Positions 47,620 through 62,596 of a stretch of 64,000 nt of DNA are shown here, piece after piece; position 1 is the first letter of the stretch, and the number at the start of each line of letters is the position of its first letter. Source of the DNA: the human T2T-CHM13v2.0 reference genome, Homo sapiens; assembly GCF_009914755.1 (NCBI RefSeq), contig NC_060934.1. One strand, 5' to 3'. The notes below the pieces were generated by a model. The model made no database searches. It had not been told where the DNA came from and worked only from the letters and a program-made list of their open reading frames with translations. Position numbers and translations under genes: made by a program.

Positions 47620-49363
47620 CTAGGTTTCCATATTCCAAGCCTAACTCCAGGTTCTCTGCTGCTTCCGTGGTTTTCTTACCTCACCTGCTCAGCACCTCAT
47701 TTCCATCAATTGCACTTCCCTGCTTGTTTTGGAAGGGCCTCCTGTAGATGCTCACCTTTGTGCAACAGGCTGGAGTTCCTGTTACCTCAAGGTAATACCG
47801 GCGGGCATCCTGTGACCTGCTCGTCCCCTCCACTCCCAAGCAGCCTGTCTGTTGGCAGCTCTGAGTCAGAAGGTGAGACGTGCTCTGTGCCCAGCAGGTT
47901 GGAGGATGGCTTAGTGGTCATCTCCAGGCTTTTCCACTGCTTTCCACTCTCCTACCCTTTAATACCTGGCAGGATTCCAACAAGACCTCTTTTGTTTGCA
48001 TTTTAACAGATGAGGGATGTAGGTCGCCTGTGGCTGGAGGTATTTTCAGAGGTGACAGGGAATGCAGTTTTAGAACTCAGCGGTGAGCTCTTTGAATGCT
48101 GGTCCAAACCCTTCTCATTGTCTTGTATTCGTGCTGCCTCCTGGGCACCATAAGTCAGTGCTAAATGCATGAGTGGGTCCTTCCTTGCATGTTCCTTTAC
48201 AGAGTAGGTTAAGAAGGGATCAGATGCTAGAGCTTGCTGAGGCTCCACCCTTGTCTGTAGATGAGCAGAATGGGGTGGTGGGGACAGTCGGGAATGAGTC
48301 TTAGGCTGTCCAGCTCTGAGCTGTGATTGCATGCAGGTGAACAGCCTGAGAGGACTGTACCTTTGTGCCACACAGCTCGGGAAGGAAGGCTTGCTTCTAG
48401 GGGTGGGAGACTGAGTGCCAATGGCTTTCCGGGCCCCGGCTTCATCTGTGACTCAAGCCTGTCCTTGGCCTGAAAGCCACTCTGGTTCCTTGGTCTTCCT
48501 CTTCCACGTACAGGCTTCACATGTGTGCCCAGGGGTGGGTTCTAGTTCCCTGGGCCAGCCTGGGCATCCTGTCGATAGAGTCTAGAGTCTGCTGTGGACC
48601 TAAGGGTTTGTGGAGTGCCTCCTCTTCACATTCACTGGAAGCCACATGCCCCCTCTCAGGGACATCCCTCAGCCTCGCTGGATGAAGGCTTGTCCAAGGA
48701 GAATGAAGAGCAGTGACCGTCGAAGGAAATCTAGGAAGCTGGTCGGAGGCATTATTCTGGATTTTATTGAGGCTTGCTGACTTTGTTTTTTGAAAGAAAG
48801 GACAACTTTTGACTTCTGTGGGGTTTATGTTCACTGGTGGCGAGGAGGTGATGGTAAAGTCTTTGGGGGCAGAGGTTCCCCTACCTGGTGGGAAGCCTGA
48901 CATTCTAATCTCATAAGCTCGGATGCTGTAGTTAGCCCATCTCAGCCCTCATGGAGGAAGCTGTCTCGGCAGCAAAGCCCCATGGGGGCATCTGTGTGGG
49001 CATGCTGGCATGAGGACTTGATACAGGATCCCTGAGACCAACGGGTGATCTCAGTGTGACAGGATCTATGGTATTTTTAGAGCTTAGGTGATCAGTCACA
49101 ATACACGTATTAAGTGCCCATGCGTTGGTCCCCAAGACCACCCCCAGGTTTGATGATTCGCTCCACGGACTCACAGTTCTCAGCCTATGGTCATAGTCAT
49201 GGCTAAGATTTATCACAGCGAAAGGACTTCGAGCAAAATCAGCACAGGGGAGAGGCACCAGGGGCAGGGCGCAGATCAGGTGGGCACAAATTTCCCAGTG
49301 TCCTCTTCCTGGGGGGTGGGCACACAGGGCAAGCTTAGTTCAATCAGCAAGGAGTGGTGGTGA

Positions 49364-50228
<865 letters not shown>

Positions 50229-52053
50229 ATCAGCTTCTTGTTAGGGTTCTTACTGAGAGCTGGTCACATAGGCACCTGCTGCCTAGCACAGACCCAAATT
50301 CCAGAATCTCAGAAGGAAAGCAGATGTTCAGCAAAAACCACTTTGCTTGCATAAACTGTTTAGGTGCAGTGAATTGCTCTTTAGTTAGGATGGTGGGAAC
50401 CCTCCTGGAATCCAGGTTCTCAGGTGCCAGCCAAGGGCCAACCTTGTGAGGGGCCTTTTGAAGCACGTGCTCTTTTCTGCACACCTCATGATGGACCATG
50501 CTTGGCAAAGTGCAATTCAGGTGTCTGAAGTCGTGGGTCCTTCCCCTTGAGCTTGGGACCTTTTCCTTTTGTTTTTGGCTGCTGCATGGCTGACTTCCTT
50601 GGAGAAGGACCACATGTTAAGCTGCCCTTGGTGTCTTTTTTCCATCTCTGAGACTTTGCTTCCCCTGTCGTGATGGAATTATACATGTGGCTATTGTCCC
50701 TGCTGAATTGGGAAGATGAAAAAGGTATAATCCCCCATGACATTCATTCAGTTTCTTTCTTAAGAAGATTCTAAGAAAACCCTGTTTTTGAAGCACTGGG
50801 TGTTCCATCAGTTGAAATTCCTGGACATATCTTTCTTTAAAAAAATTTTTTTGAGGTCACATTCTTGTCTTTACTGGGGCCATTTTTACATGTTGTTTCA
50901 CTGGTTTGGGAATGAAAGATTTTAATGAAGTTTGCAATGACTGCTGACCTCTTACCCAGGAGTGGTGGCTGCACATTTTTGCTGTTGCACTAGGAATGAC
51001 TTGAGACTTAGAATTCTCACCATGACTTTTGAAGGTTGAGGCATTGCAGTAGAGATGCAATAAATTATTTCTCCTTAGAGGAAACCTTTGTTTTTCTTCC
51101 CTGCCTTGCTCCATTCTACCACAGAGTTAATGGTCTTGATTTTAGTGAAATAACAATAACAGCAAACCTGCCTTTGGACGTTAAATACAAACTGCATCCT
51201 TGGACAGCACCGTGTTACTTTAATTTTTTAAGAAAGACTTAATATTTCTAATTGATTTTTTTGCTTTCTATGGAATTTTCCCCAAACCTCAGCTTTCTGG
51301 TGCAGGCTCTTTCCTGTCTCTTCCTCTCCTGTTTATTAAAATAGAGTCATTTGCCCGTCACGTGTGGGAGACTGTCGCCAGGGTAGGACAGACATCAGGC
51401 ACTATCGTCTGTGTCTACCAGGGCCTATTATCCCAAGTTCCATTGCGCAGGCTGTCTGAGGACTTTGCCTTGTGTACCACAGACTAACATTATTTTTCTT
51501 TTTCATAACTCATATTCGAAGTCATTCTTGACAGGTGCTTTCTGTGGCTGAAAAGGCTGCATACGTCTCAGAGCCCTGAGCAGTTGTTTGTTATGGTTTA
51601 ATATTTATCGAAAACTCCCATCTGTGGGGGCATTTATTGACTGGAGGCCAGACAGGGAGAGCCACGTGTTTTTCAAAATTACTCTGTGCTCGTGTATATG
51701 TCCCTTTATTTTTTTCAGGGAGCATTATTGCTGTTAAATGGGCATGACTGAAAGGATATGCATGTTATTGTTTGCCTGCGTTTTAGGGCTTGGCTGTGAT
51801 AACAGCTGTGGGATTTGCTCTCACCAGTCCTCCTCCCTGCTGTAGGTAGTGTTGTCAATGTGCACATCGGTGAAGGGTCCCGGTTGTAGAGCCACACTGC
51901 TGAGTGCTTTGCAGTTGAATTCACTGTCCCGGGAATCCTGAGAGAGGGATCGAGGACTTACTTGTTTGTTCTGCTGTCTTTGATATAAGACGAATCTGAG
52001 GAGATTTTGTTTTTCTAAATAAAATGGGAAAGACCTTAGTGGCCTAGAGTTTT

Positions 52054-52418
52054 CATATTAGTCCGTTTTCACGCTGCTGATGAAGACATACCCGAGACTG
52101 GGTAATTTATAGAGAAAAAGAGGTTTAATGGACTCACAGTTCCATGTGGCTGGGGAGGCCTCACAATCATGGTGGAAGGCAAAAGGCACATCTTACATGG
52201 CGGCAGGCAAGAGAGAGAATGAGAACCAGGTGAAAACAGAAACCCCTTATCAAACCATCAGATCTCGTGAGAGACCTACTCACTACCACGAGAACAGTAT
52301 GGGGGAAACCACCCCGTGATTCAGTGAACTCCCACTGGGTCCCTCCCATAACATGTGGGAATTATGGGAACTGTAATTCAAGGTGAGATTTGGGTGGGGA
52401 CACAGCCAAACCATATCA
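52054..52418 (-). mobile_element. THE1B/C MaLR solo LTR
   Basis: tattagtccgttttcacgctgctgatgaagacatacccgagactgggtaattt...gagatttgggtggggacacagccaaaccatatca. Confidence 0.92.
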
Positions 52419-52548
52419 CTTGTCTTACTTTCTAGCAGCAGATTGTCTAAGTCAGAGAAAGGCAGATGTGGGTTTGGCCTGGGATTCATTTCCTTGAAAC
52501 TCTTCATAAAAGTCTTACTTGCATTATGTTGTAATTATGAAACAGTAG

Positions 52549-52909
<361 letters not shown>

Positions 52910-53104
52910 TAATTTGGTGTGACGGAAGTTGAACTCAGTGGCACACTTTAAATGAATGCAGTTTATTGTGGATAAATTATACCTCAATAAAGTATATGAG
53001 ATACGGTGTATGCCAGGTGCAGTGCTCAGGCCTTGGGCAACACACAGGTGATAAAACATGGTTCCTGTCCTGTAGGCTTCATAATCAAAAATGATCTGTA
53101 TATA

Positions 53105-53832
<728 letters not shown>

Positions 53833-53848
53833 AAAAAAAAAAAAAGTC

Positions 53849-54119
<271 letters not shown>

Positions 54120-54502
54120 TCAAACTCTTCCCCGCACCCACAAGGCTAAACTTACCTTTTCTTTTTATATTCTATTCCATACTCAAAGATGACAACTAAA
54201 ATCCCCAGATAAACTGAGAAGCGCTTGATTATAGTCAGTTTCAGTCAAATCTCTAGGACACAGAATGGATTGGAAGTTGTATAAAATAAATTTTCTTGCA
54301 CAATAATGTGGGGAAAAAAGGAAATGTGTATTTTTCAAGTTATAAAAGACAATCTCTTTGATGGTATAAAATGCAGCAGTAATAATTCTTCAAGTCTTAT
54401 TAAAGAATTCAAATGGACCAAAACTCAGTAAAATGTTAACTCTAGGCTCAAGGACCTATGAAGGTAGTCTTTCTTAATAACTTGTTTTTCTTAAAACTTT
54501 GA

Positions 54503-54800
54503 GGCCGGGCGCGGTGGCTCATGCCTGTAATCCCAGCACTTTGGGAGGTCAAGGCAGGCGGATCACGAGTTCAGGAGATGGAGACCATCCTGGCTAACAT
54601 GGTGAAACCTCGTCTCTACTAAAAATACAAAAAATTAGCCAGATGTGGTGGCAGGTGCCTGTAGTCCCACCTACTCAGGAGGCTGAGGCAGGAGAATGGC
54701 GTGAACCCGGGAGGCAGAGCTTGCTCTGAGCTGAGATTGCGCCACTGCACTCCAGCCTGGGTGACAGAGAGAGGCTGTGTCTCAAAAACAAGCAAACAAA
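54503..54800 (+). mobile_element. AluY-type
   Basis: ggatcacgag, accatcctggctaac, gaatggcgtgaacccgggaggcagagcttgc; TSD aaaactttga. Confidence 0.94.
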
Positions 54801-55751
54801 AAAACTTTGATTTCTCTTAGACGTTATATGGAAATGGAATTTTATTCTGTGAATGTTTTATTTCAGATAGACTTGCAAAGCCCTTCTATACATAGACACT
54901 GTTTTTAGTTTTTTTGTCACCCCAAACCTCAAAAATGCATCTCAGCTTGAAAGACTTTCTAGACTTTTCCTGAGTCCAAAGTCATCCTGCTGATATCACG
55001 GTTTAGGTTCTGAAAGGTTTTATATCGAGTGTTTTTTTCTTCTTTCCTAAGAAGGAAAGGATCAGAAAGGAACTTGTAACCATTGTTGAGCATTTTAGGA
55101 AAAGTGAAAACCGACTTCATCCGTTTCATTTGTAAGGAGAAGCATGTTAGATGTGAGTATATTTGGAAACGTCCAAAATTTAACCATGACAAGAGACAGC
55201 AGTGTGATGGCAAATTTCAGGCCAAAGTCTGGAATTTCTTTGCTTTCTTCCCATTTTATCTTGTCTTCTCATTTCTTTTACTTTTCTACTTCTCTTCTCT
55301 CACTATTTCTTTGCTTTCTAACGTTTCCCATCAATTTTGAGCCATTTTCTTTATTCCATCTACATATGAACTCACAGCAGTAGCAAAAATACTGAGCTCT
55401 CAGAAATATATTTATCCATGTATCTAAGGACTCTGGAAAACAGATTCAAAGATGTGAAGCCTCAGTAGTGAAACTGACTCGAGGAGGAAAGACGTTTATG
55501 TGCGGCAGATCTTCTCGGGGTTTGCCTATTTGTAAAATGTATTCAGTATTCATGGAACAGATATGATGGGTGCTCACTCTACACCAGGTACCATGGTCAA
55601 ACAGAGAGGGCTAACCTATGTTGCCTCCATTCTGAGAATCTCTGCGATGACACAGGAGGGGACAGAAACAAGGATAGAAGCTTGTAGTTGCAATATAGTG
55701 TCGTGATGACCTTCACGAAGGCACGAACCATGTGTTGTGCTCGTATAGTCG

Positions 55752-56624
<873 letters not shown>

Positions 56625-56697
56625 GTCAGGCATAAGAACCATGATGGAAACCTGCGTTTCCTTGGCCTCTGAGGCTTTGAGGAGGTGTATATGCTGA

Positions 56698-57638
56698 TGT
56701 CGATGAAAAGAGTCAAACTCTGTAAAATATTTAAGGAGGTTTCTTCTGAGCCAAATATCAATGACCAAGGCCTATGATACAGCCCCAGGACGTCCTGTGA
56801 ACATGTGCCCAAGGTGGTTGGGGTGCAGCTTGGTTTTATACATTTTAGAGGGACAGAAGTTAGAGGCAGACATCAGTCAATATCGTATTTAAGGTGTACA
56901 TTGGTTTGGTCTAGAAAGCCAGAACAATTTGAAGCAGGGATTTCCAAAATCTCTGAATGCAAGTGCATTCAAAGAAAGGGATTTTGGAATAGATTTTGAA
57001 TACAGGTGCATTCAAAGGTTTTCTGATTAGCAATTGGTTGAAAGAGTTAAGTTATTATCTAAAGATGTGGAATCCATAGAAAGTAATGTCTGGGTTGAGA
57101 TAAGGGGTTGTGTAGACCAAGGTTTTTATTATGCAGATGAAGCCTCCAGGTAACAGGCTTCAGAGAGATTAGACAGTAAAGGTGCCAGACTCTTAGTTAA
57201 ATCTCTCTTGGAACAGGAAAAGATGTGGAAAGGGGATGGGATTCGCTACAGAATGTAGATTTTCCCCACAAGAGACAGCTTTGCAGGGTCATTTCAAAAT
57301 ATGTCAAAGAAATGTGTGTTGGGGTAAACTACTTTGATTTCTTTCAGGGCCTGCTATCTGTCACATGATGCTATACTAGAGACAGGCTGGAATTTGGTAT
57401 CTTATTGCTACAAAGCATCTGTTTTCTCAGTCTTAAGATTTCTGTTTGAATGTTAATGCATGCCGGCCAGTCGTGCCCGAATTCCAAAGGGAGGAGGGTA
57501 GAATGAGGTGTGTCCGATCCTCCCTTCCCATCATGCCCTGCACTAGTCTTTCAGGTTAACTTTGGAATCCCCTTGGCCAAGAGGAAGGTCCTCCATTCAG
57601 TCAGTTGAGGGGGTTTAGAATTTCATTTTTGGTTTACA
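56698..57638 (-). mobile_element. MER4D-like solo LTR (ERV1)
   Basis: tgtcgatgaaaagagtcaaactctgtaaaatattt...gaacatgtgcccaaggtggttggggtgcagcttggttttatacatttta...tttttggtttaca; TSD CTGA/CCAA. Confidence 0.85.
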
Positions 57639-58399
57639 CCAATTAGAGTTCATGTGAGAGTTCTGAAATGAAACCTCACCTTGGAGAATGAGTAGAATTT
57701 AGTCAGACTTAGCTTTGGTTCTGCCATTTTGTTTTGGCTTCCTTTCACATGAAGACGGGCCATTGTCCTGTTTGCTCTTGTTCCTTGGCTGGTTTCAATG
57801 TTAGCATTGCCCTTACAGACTGGGCAGAAGAGTAGACAGACTTTTCTTTGGGTATTCAAAATATCACCATCAAGTACTGTTAACGTGCTTTTTTAGACTG
57901 GAAACTTTCCCAAGGCCGTTTTCCCCACCCACTGACTTGCCTTTAGCCATGATCATCATTGCTTTTGTCCTGTCTGTAAGAATAAAAAGAAAAAGTCCTT
58001 TTAATGTAAAAGTCATAAACCATGTCCTGACAACTGCAGAGAATTATATTGCTCATTTGTTTTTATTGTTAGTATAACTTTTAATTGTCTTCCTTATCTT
58101 TGTGCCTGACTGTTGTTTGCTGGCTGAAGTTAACTATGTTTTGAAAGTCAGTTCAGAGGTGAATGAATGGTGAGGTCATCATAGCAGATATAGACATGTT
58201 GGCGTTTTTTTTCTGAATGTCAAATGCTAATTTTAGCCATAACAAATTTTGAAAAAGAATGAAAAGTTCCCAGCGAGGGAAATAAAGGTATTCTGTGTGG
58301 GAGGCACCTGTTATTTGCAGATAGTACTGTTCATTTCTTTTGCAGATATGAAATACAGTCTCTTTGCCTCAATTATTACTTCATCCTTCAGCCTGCTAG

Positions 58400-58951
58400 T
58401 GTTACAGAAAAGGGGTCATGATCCAGGCCCCAAGAGATGATTCTTGGGTCTCGTGCAAGAGAGAATTCAGGGCAAGTCCACAGAGTAAAGTGCAAGCAAG
58501 TTTATTAAGAAAGTAAAGGAATCAAGAATGGCTAATCCATAGACAGAGCAGCCCCGAGGGCTGCTGGTTTCCCACTTTTATGGTTATTTCTTGATGATAT
58601 GCTAAACAAGGGGTGAATTATTCATGCCTCCCCTTTTTAGACCATGTAGGGTAACTTCCTGATGTGGCCTTGGCATTTGTAAACTGTCATGGTGCTGACA
58701 GGAGTGTAGCAGCGAGGACAACAAGAGGTCACTCTCGTCGCCATCTTGGTTTTGGTGGGATTTGGCCGCTTCTTTACCGCAGCCTGTTTTATCAACAAGG
58801 TCTTTATGACCTGTATCTTGTGCCGACCTCCTGTCTCATCCTGTGACTTAGCATGCCTTAACTGTCTGGGAATGCAGCCCAGTAGGTCTCAGCCTCATTT
58901 TACCCAGTCCCTACTCAAGATGGAGTTGATCTGGTTCCAGTGCCTCTGACA
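58400..58951 (-). mobile_element. MER41A solo LTR (ERV1)
   Basis: colinear with 55752-56624; perfect TSD CTAG. Confidence 0.9.
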
Positions 58952-59722
58952 CTAGTATTTGAGGAAGCTCAGATGTTTCTAAAGTCTGGATAGTAGCCAT
59001 GATATAAATCCTTTCTCTTTTTGCAGTTGGAGACTTTACAGCAAGCTCTATGCCGGTGATTCCCAAGCCCTTTGGAGTTAGAACTCTTTGTCCTTGTTGT
59101 TCTGGTTTGAGTCTACCCTTCCTTCCCTGCTGTCAGATACTGTGTGCTGTATCTTAGTTGGATGTTGACTTCCTTTGAGAATTCTTTGATCTTTTCTGAG
59201 AATTACATGAGATACCTTAAATTGGGCTAAATGTAGGGAAGGGATTTTGGAATAGAACTAGGGAGTGTCCCAACTGGCAGCTTCCCCAATTCATCCTAAG
59301 ACATTTTGCCATGTCTAGGATGGGTTGTTTAAGACAACGTCTCCTTTTCTGGGATGTTCGAAACTCAGTGTTTGGGTCTAAGTTTTTTCCACTGTGTCTC
59401 TCTCTCTCTGTCTTTTTTTACTGAGTATATTCTTCTGCAGAATGGTCTGTATCTCGTGTTAGCTTCAGAAGGCACCACTTTCAAGAGGTAATTAAATTAT
59501 AAAGATTTGTTCGAAGTCATTATCAATACTGGAGAAGTTAGCAAAGGTATTGGAAGGCCAACAACAATTTATTTCCCATGTCACTCTTTCTGCAGAAACT
59601 CACCTAGAGTCCTTAAAGGGAATAACTGGTAACTTTCTGATATATCATGATGAGAGGCCTCTGCTGGCCACTGGGCAGCCTTCAGATGGTTTTTTCCTTT
59701 TTAAAAATGTTTAAATTTTTAG

Positions 59723-60013
59723 GGCTAGGTGTGGTGGCTCATGCCTGTAATCCCAACACTTTGGGAAGCTGAGACAGAAAGATTGCTTGAGGCCAAGAGT
59801 TTGAGAACAGCCTGGGCTACATAGCAAGACCCCGTCTCTCCAAAAAATTAAGAAATTAGCTGAGTGTAGTTGTGTGCACCTGGGGTCCCAACTACTCAAA
59901 AGAGTGAGGTGGGAGGATTGCCTGAGCCTGAGAGGTTGGGACTGAAGTAAGTCAAGATTGTGCCACAGCATTCCAGCCTTGGTGATAGAGTGAGATCCTA
60001 TTTCAAAAAAAAA
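59723..60013 (+). mobile_element. AluJ
   Basis: ttgaggccaagagtttgag, cctgggctacatagcaagacccc, gaggattgcctgagcc. Confidence 0.92.
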
Positions 60014-60035
60014 TATTGATTTTAAGTTAATTTTG

Positions 60036-60807
60036 TAGTTCACTGTAGTCTTGAACTCTTGGACTCAAGTGATCCTCCTGCCTCAGCCTCCTGAGTAACG
60101 AGGACTACAGGTATGTATCACCATGCTTGGCTGATTTATTTTTTTTACTTATTTTTATTATTATTATTTTTTGAGATGGAGTTTTGCTCTTGTTGCCCAG
60201 GCTAGGGTGCAATGGCACAATCTCGGCTCACTGAAACCTCTGCCTTTGGATTCAAGTGATTGTCCTGCCTCAGCCTCCCAAGTATTTGGGATTACAGGTG
60301 TGTGCCACTACACCTGGCTAATTTTTTTCTGTTTTTAGTAGAGACAGGGTTTCACCATGTTGGTCAGGCTGGTCAGGCTAGTCTCGAACTCCTGACCTTA
60401 AGTGATCCTCCTGCCTTGGCCTCCCAAAGTGTTGGGATTACAGGCATGAGCCATGACTCCTGGACTTTTTTACTTACTTTTACTTTTTGTATTTTTATTT
60501 TTACTTATTTTTATTTATTTATTTTTTTGTTTCTCTATATTGCCCAGGCTGATCTTGAACTCCTGGCCTCAAGTGATCCTCCTGCCTTGGCCTCCCAAAG
60601 TGTTGGGATTACAAGCGTGAGCCACGATGCCTGGATTTTTTACTTATTTTTACTTTTTGTATTTTTATTTTTGCTTATTTTAATTTTTATTTTTTTTTGT
60701 TTCTCTATATTGCCCAGGCTGATCTTGAACTCCTGGCCTCAAGTGATCCTCCTGCCTCAGCCTCCCAAAGTTGCTGAGATTACAGGTATGGGCCACCATG
60801 CCTGGCC
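60036..60807 (-). mobile_element. AluJ (right arm 60036-60135, left arm ~60690-60807) split by an AluS and a chimeric duplicated monomer
   Basis: arm-by-arm parsing, see findings. Confidence 0.82.
60150..60465 (-). mobile_element. AluSq/Sp-like nested in the AluJ linker
   Basis: ggagttttgctcttgttgcccagg...gcaatgg. Confidence 0.92.
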
Positions 60808-61209
60808 CACAGAGTTCTCTGGAGGAGAAACTGTAGAGCCGTGTGGATTCTTGCCTGGGTTTGTTTAGAGATACTACGGACTTCTTGCCTAGGTTTGTTT
60901 GGAGAAGAGTCAAGCAGTACTTGAGTGATTTGAATTTTTGTTGAGAAAAACAAAGTGAAAAAAATTTTTTCGACATCAGATATGTTGTTTTAGCCTCTGT
61001 GGCAGATTTTATTTTTCTCTTTTACTTTTTGTTTTTATCCTTTTGTACTATTTTTAAAGAAAGGAATGAGAAGAAATTATCCCCGGACCATTCCTCCCGG
61101 TGAAAAACATGAAATGTGACTATCCGGAAATGGAGTGTGATCACAGGGGCACGTACGGCTGAGTCATCCAAAACGCTGACTGTCGTGTAGGGCTCCGTGG
61201 TTTTGGTGG

Positions 61210-61352
61210 TTTTCTTAACTTCTCTGTGCCCTGGTTACTTCATCAATGTGATGGAGATAATAATCTCATCGGATGTTGTGATTTACTGAGATCATTCTTG
61301 TAAACACTTAGAATAGTTCCTGGTACACAGCAAGCGGTTTGTGATTGTTATT
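61210..61352 (+). mobile_element. MIR
   Basis: cttaacttctctgtgcc...ggagataataat...gtaaacacttagaatagttcctggtacacagcaagc. Confidence 0.75.
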
Positions 61353-61764
61353 GTATGATTCTATCCAGATTCTATTACGTCATGTTACTATGTTATGAAA
61401 GATTCCAGTTCCTTGGTGCACTGATGTGGTCTTTGAAACTCAGAACAAATGTTACCTGGGCCGATGTTACATGAGTATTTGGCCATTAAAATCAGATAAA
61501 GAGGCCAACCTAGCAAGTTACTCTCATTGAAGTGTGGCTTGTCTGCCATCCTCATTGGGAGCACGTAGAACCTCCCCAAGCTGAGTGGGCAGGGTCCGTG
61601 TGGCTGTGTGAAGGGCCCCGTCGTCTTGTGTAGCTGCTCCCGTGTTGAGAGTATAGCACGTTGAAAACAGCCTTGGCAGGAACCACGCTTGCTGTTAACC
61701 AGCTCGTCCACTAACCAGCTGTGTATACCCTAGGTCAGGCCAGCTGTTTAAAAAAAAAAAAAGT

Positions 61765-62028
61765 GAAGATATTTGCTAAGAGAGTAGATCTCAAGTGCCA
61801 TCATCACACGCACACAAGGGGTGATGATGGCAGTTGATAGGTATGTTAGTTAGCTTGATCATGGTGATCATTTTATGATGTATACATATATCAAAACATC
61901 ATGTTACGATGTATACATATATCAAAACATCATGTTACGATGTATACATATATCAAAACATCATGTTGTATACCTAAATATATACCATTTTTATTTGTCA
62001 GTCATACCTCAGTAAAGCTTAAAAAAAG
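61765..62028 (+). mobile_element. L1MA9/L1MB-like 3' end
   Basis: atttgctaagagagtagatctcaagtg...tatgttagttagcttgatcatggtgatcatt...tttatttgtcagtcatacctcagtaaagct. Confidence 0.85.
61877..61967. repeat. 31-bp tandem triplication
   Basis: gatgtatacatatatcaaaacatcatgttac x2.9, identical copies. Confidence 0.96.
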
Positions 62029-62037
62029 ACACATGTT

Positions 62038-62320
62038 GGCCGGGCGTGGTGGCCCACGCCTATAATCATTTGGGAGGCCTAGGTGGGTGGATCACTGGAG
62101 GTTAGGAATTTGAGATTAGCCTGGCCAACATGGCGAAACCCCACCTCTACTAAAAATATAGAAATTATCTGGGCATGGTGGCAGGCGCCTGTAATCCCAG
62201 CTAACTGGGAGGCTGAGGTGGGAGAATCGCTTGACTTGGGAGGCAGAGGTTGCAGTGAGCCGAGATTACACCACTGTACTCCAGCCTGGGCGACAGAGCG
62301 AGACTCCATCTCAAAAAAAA
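62038..62320 (+). mobile_element. AluS
   Basis: dimer; TSD aaaaagacacatgt / aaaaatacacacgt. Confidence 0.94.
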
Positions 62321-62407
62321 TACACACGTATATAAAAAAAGTAAATTGGAGACATCTTGATGTTACACCCATACTAACAGTAGTGTCAATCTCTGTTCCT
62401 TCACCCA

Positions 62408-62505
62408 AGGAAGGAAAGAAGGAAGGAAGGGAGGGAGGGTGGGGAGAGAGAGAAAGAAGGAAGGAGGGAAGGAAAAAGGGAAAGAAGGAAGGAAGGAAGA
62501 AGGAA
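62408..62505. repeat. Polypurine (GGAA/GGGA)n tract
   Basis: ~98 nt with a single pyrimidine. Confidence 0.93.
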
Positions 62506-62509
62506 GTTT

Positions 62510-62596
62510 CCCTATGTAATTAAAATAGCATTATCACAACTAATACAATTAATACTAATTTCTTAATATCCAGTTTGTATTCCAGTTTCCCCAGTT
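62510..62596 (-). mobile_element. Old L1 (L1MC4-like) fragment
   Basis: gcattatcacaactaatacaattaatactaatttcttaatatccagt...ccagtttccccagtt. Confidence 0.5.
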
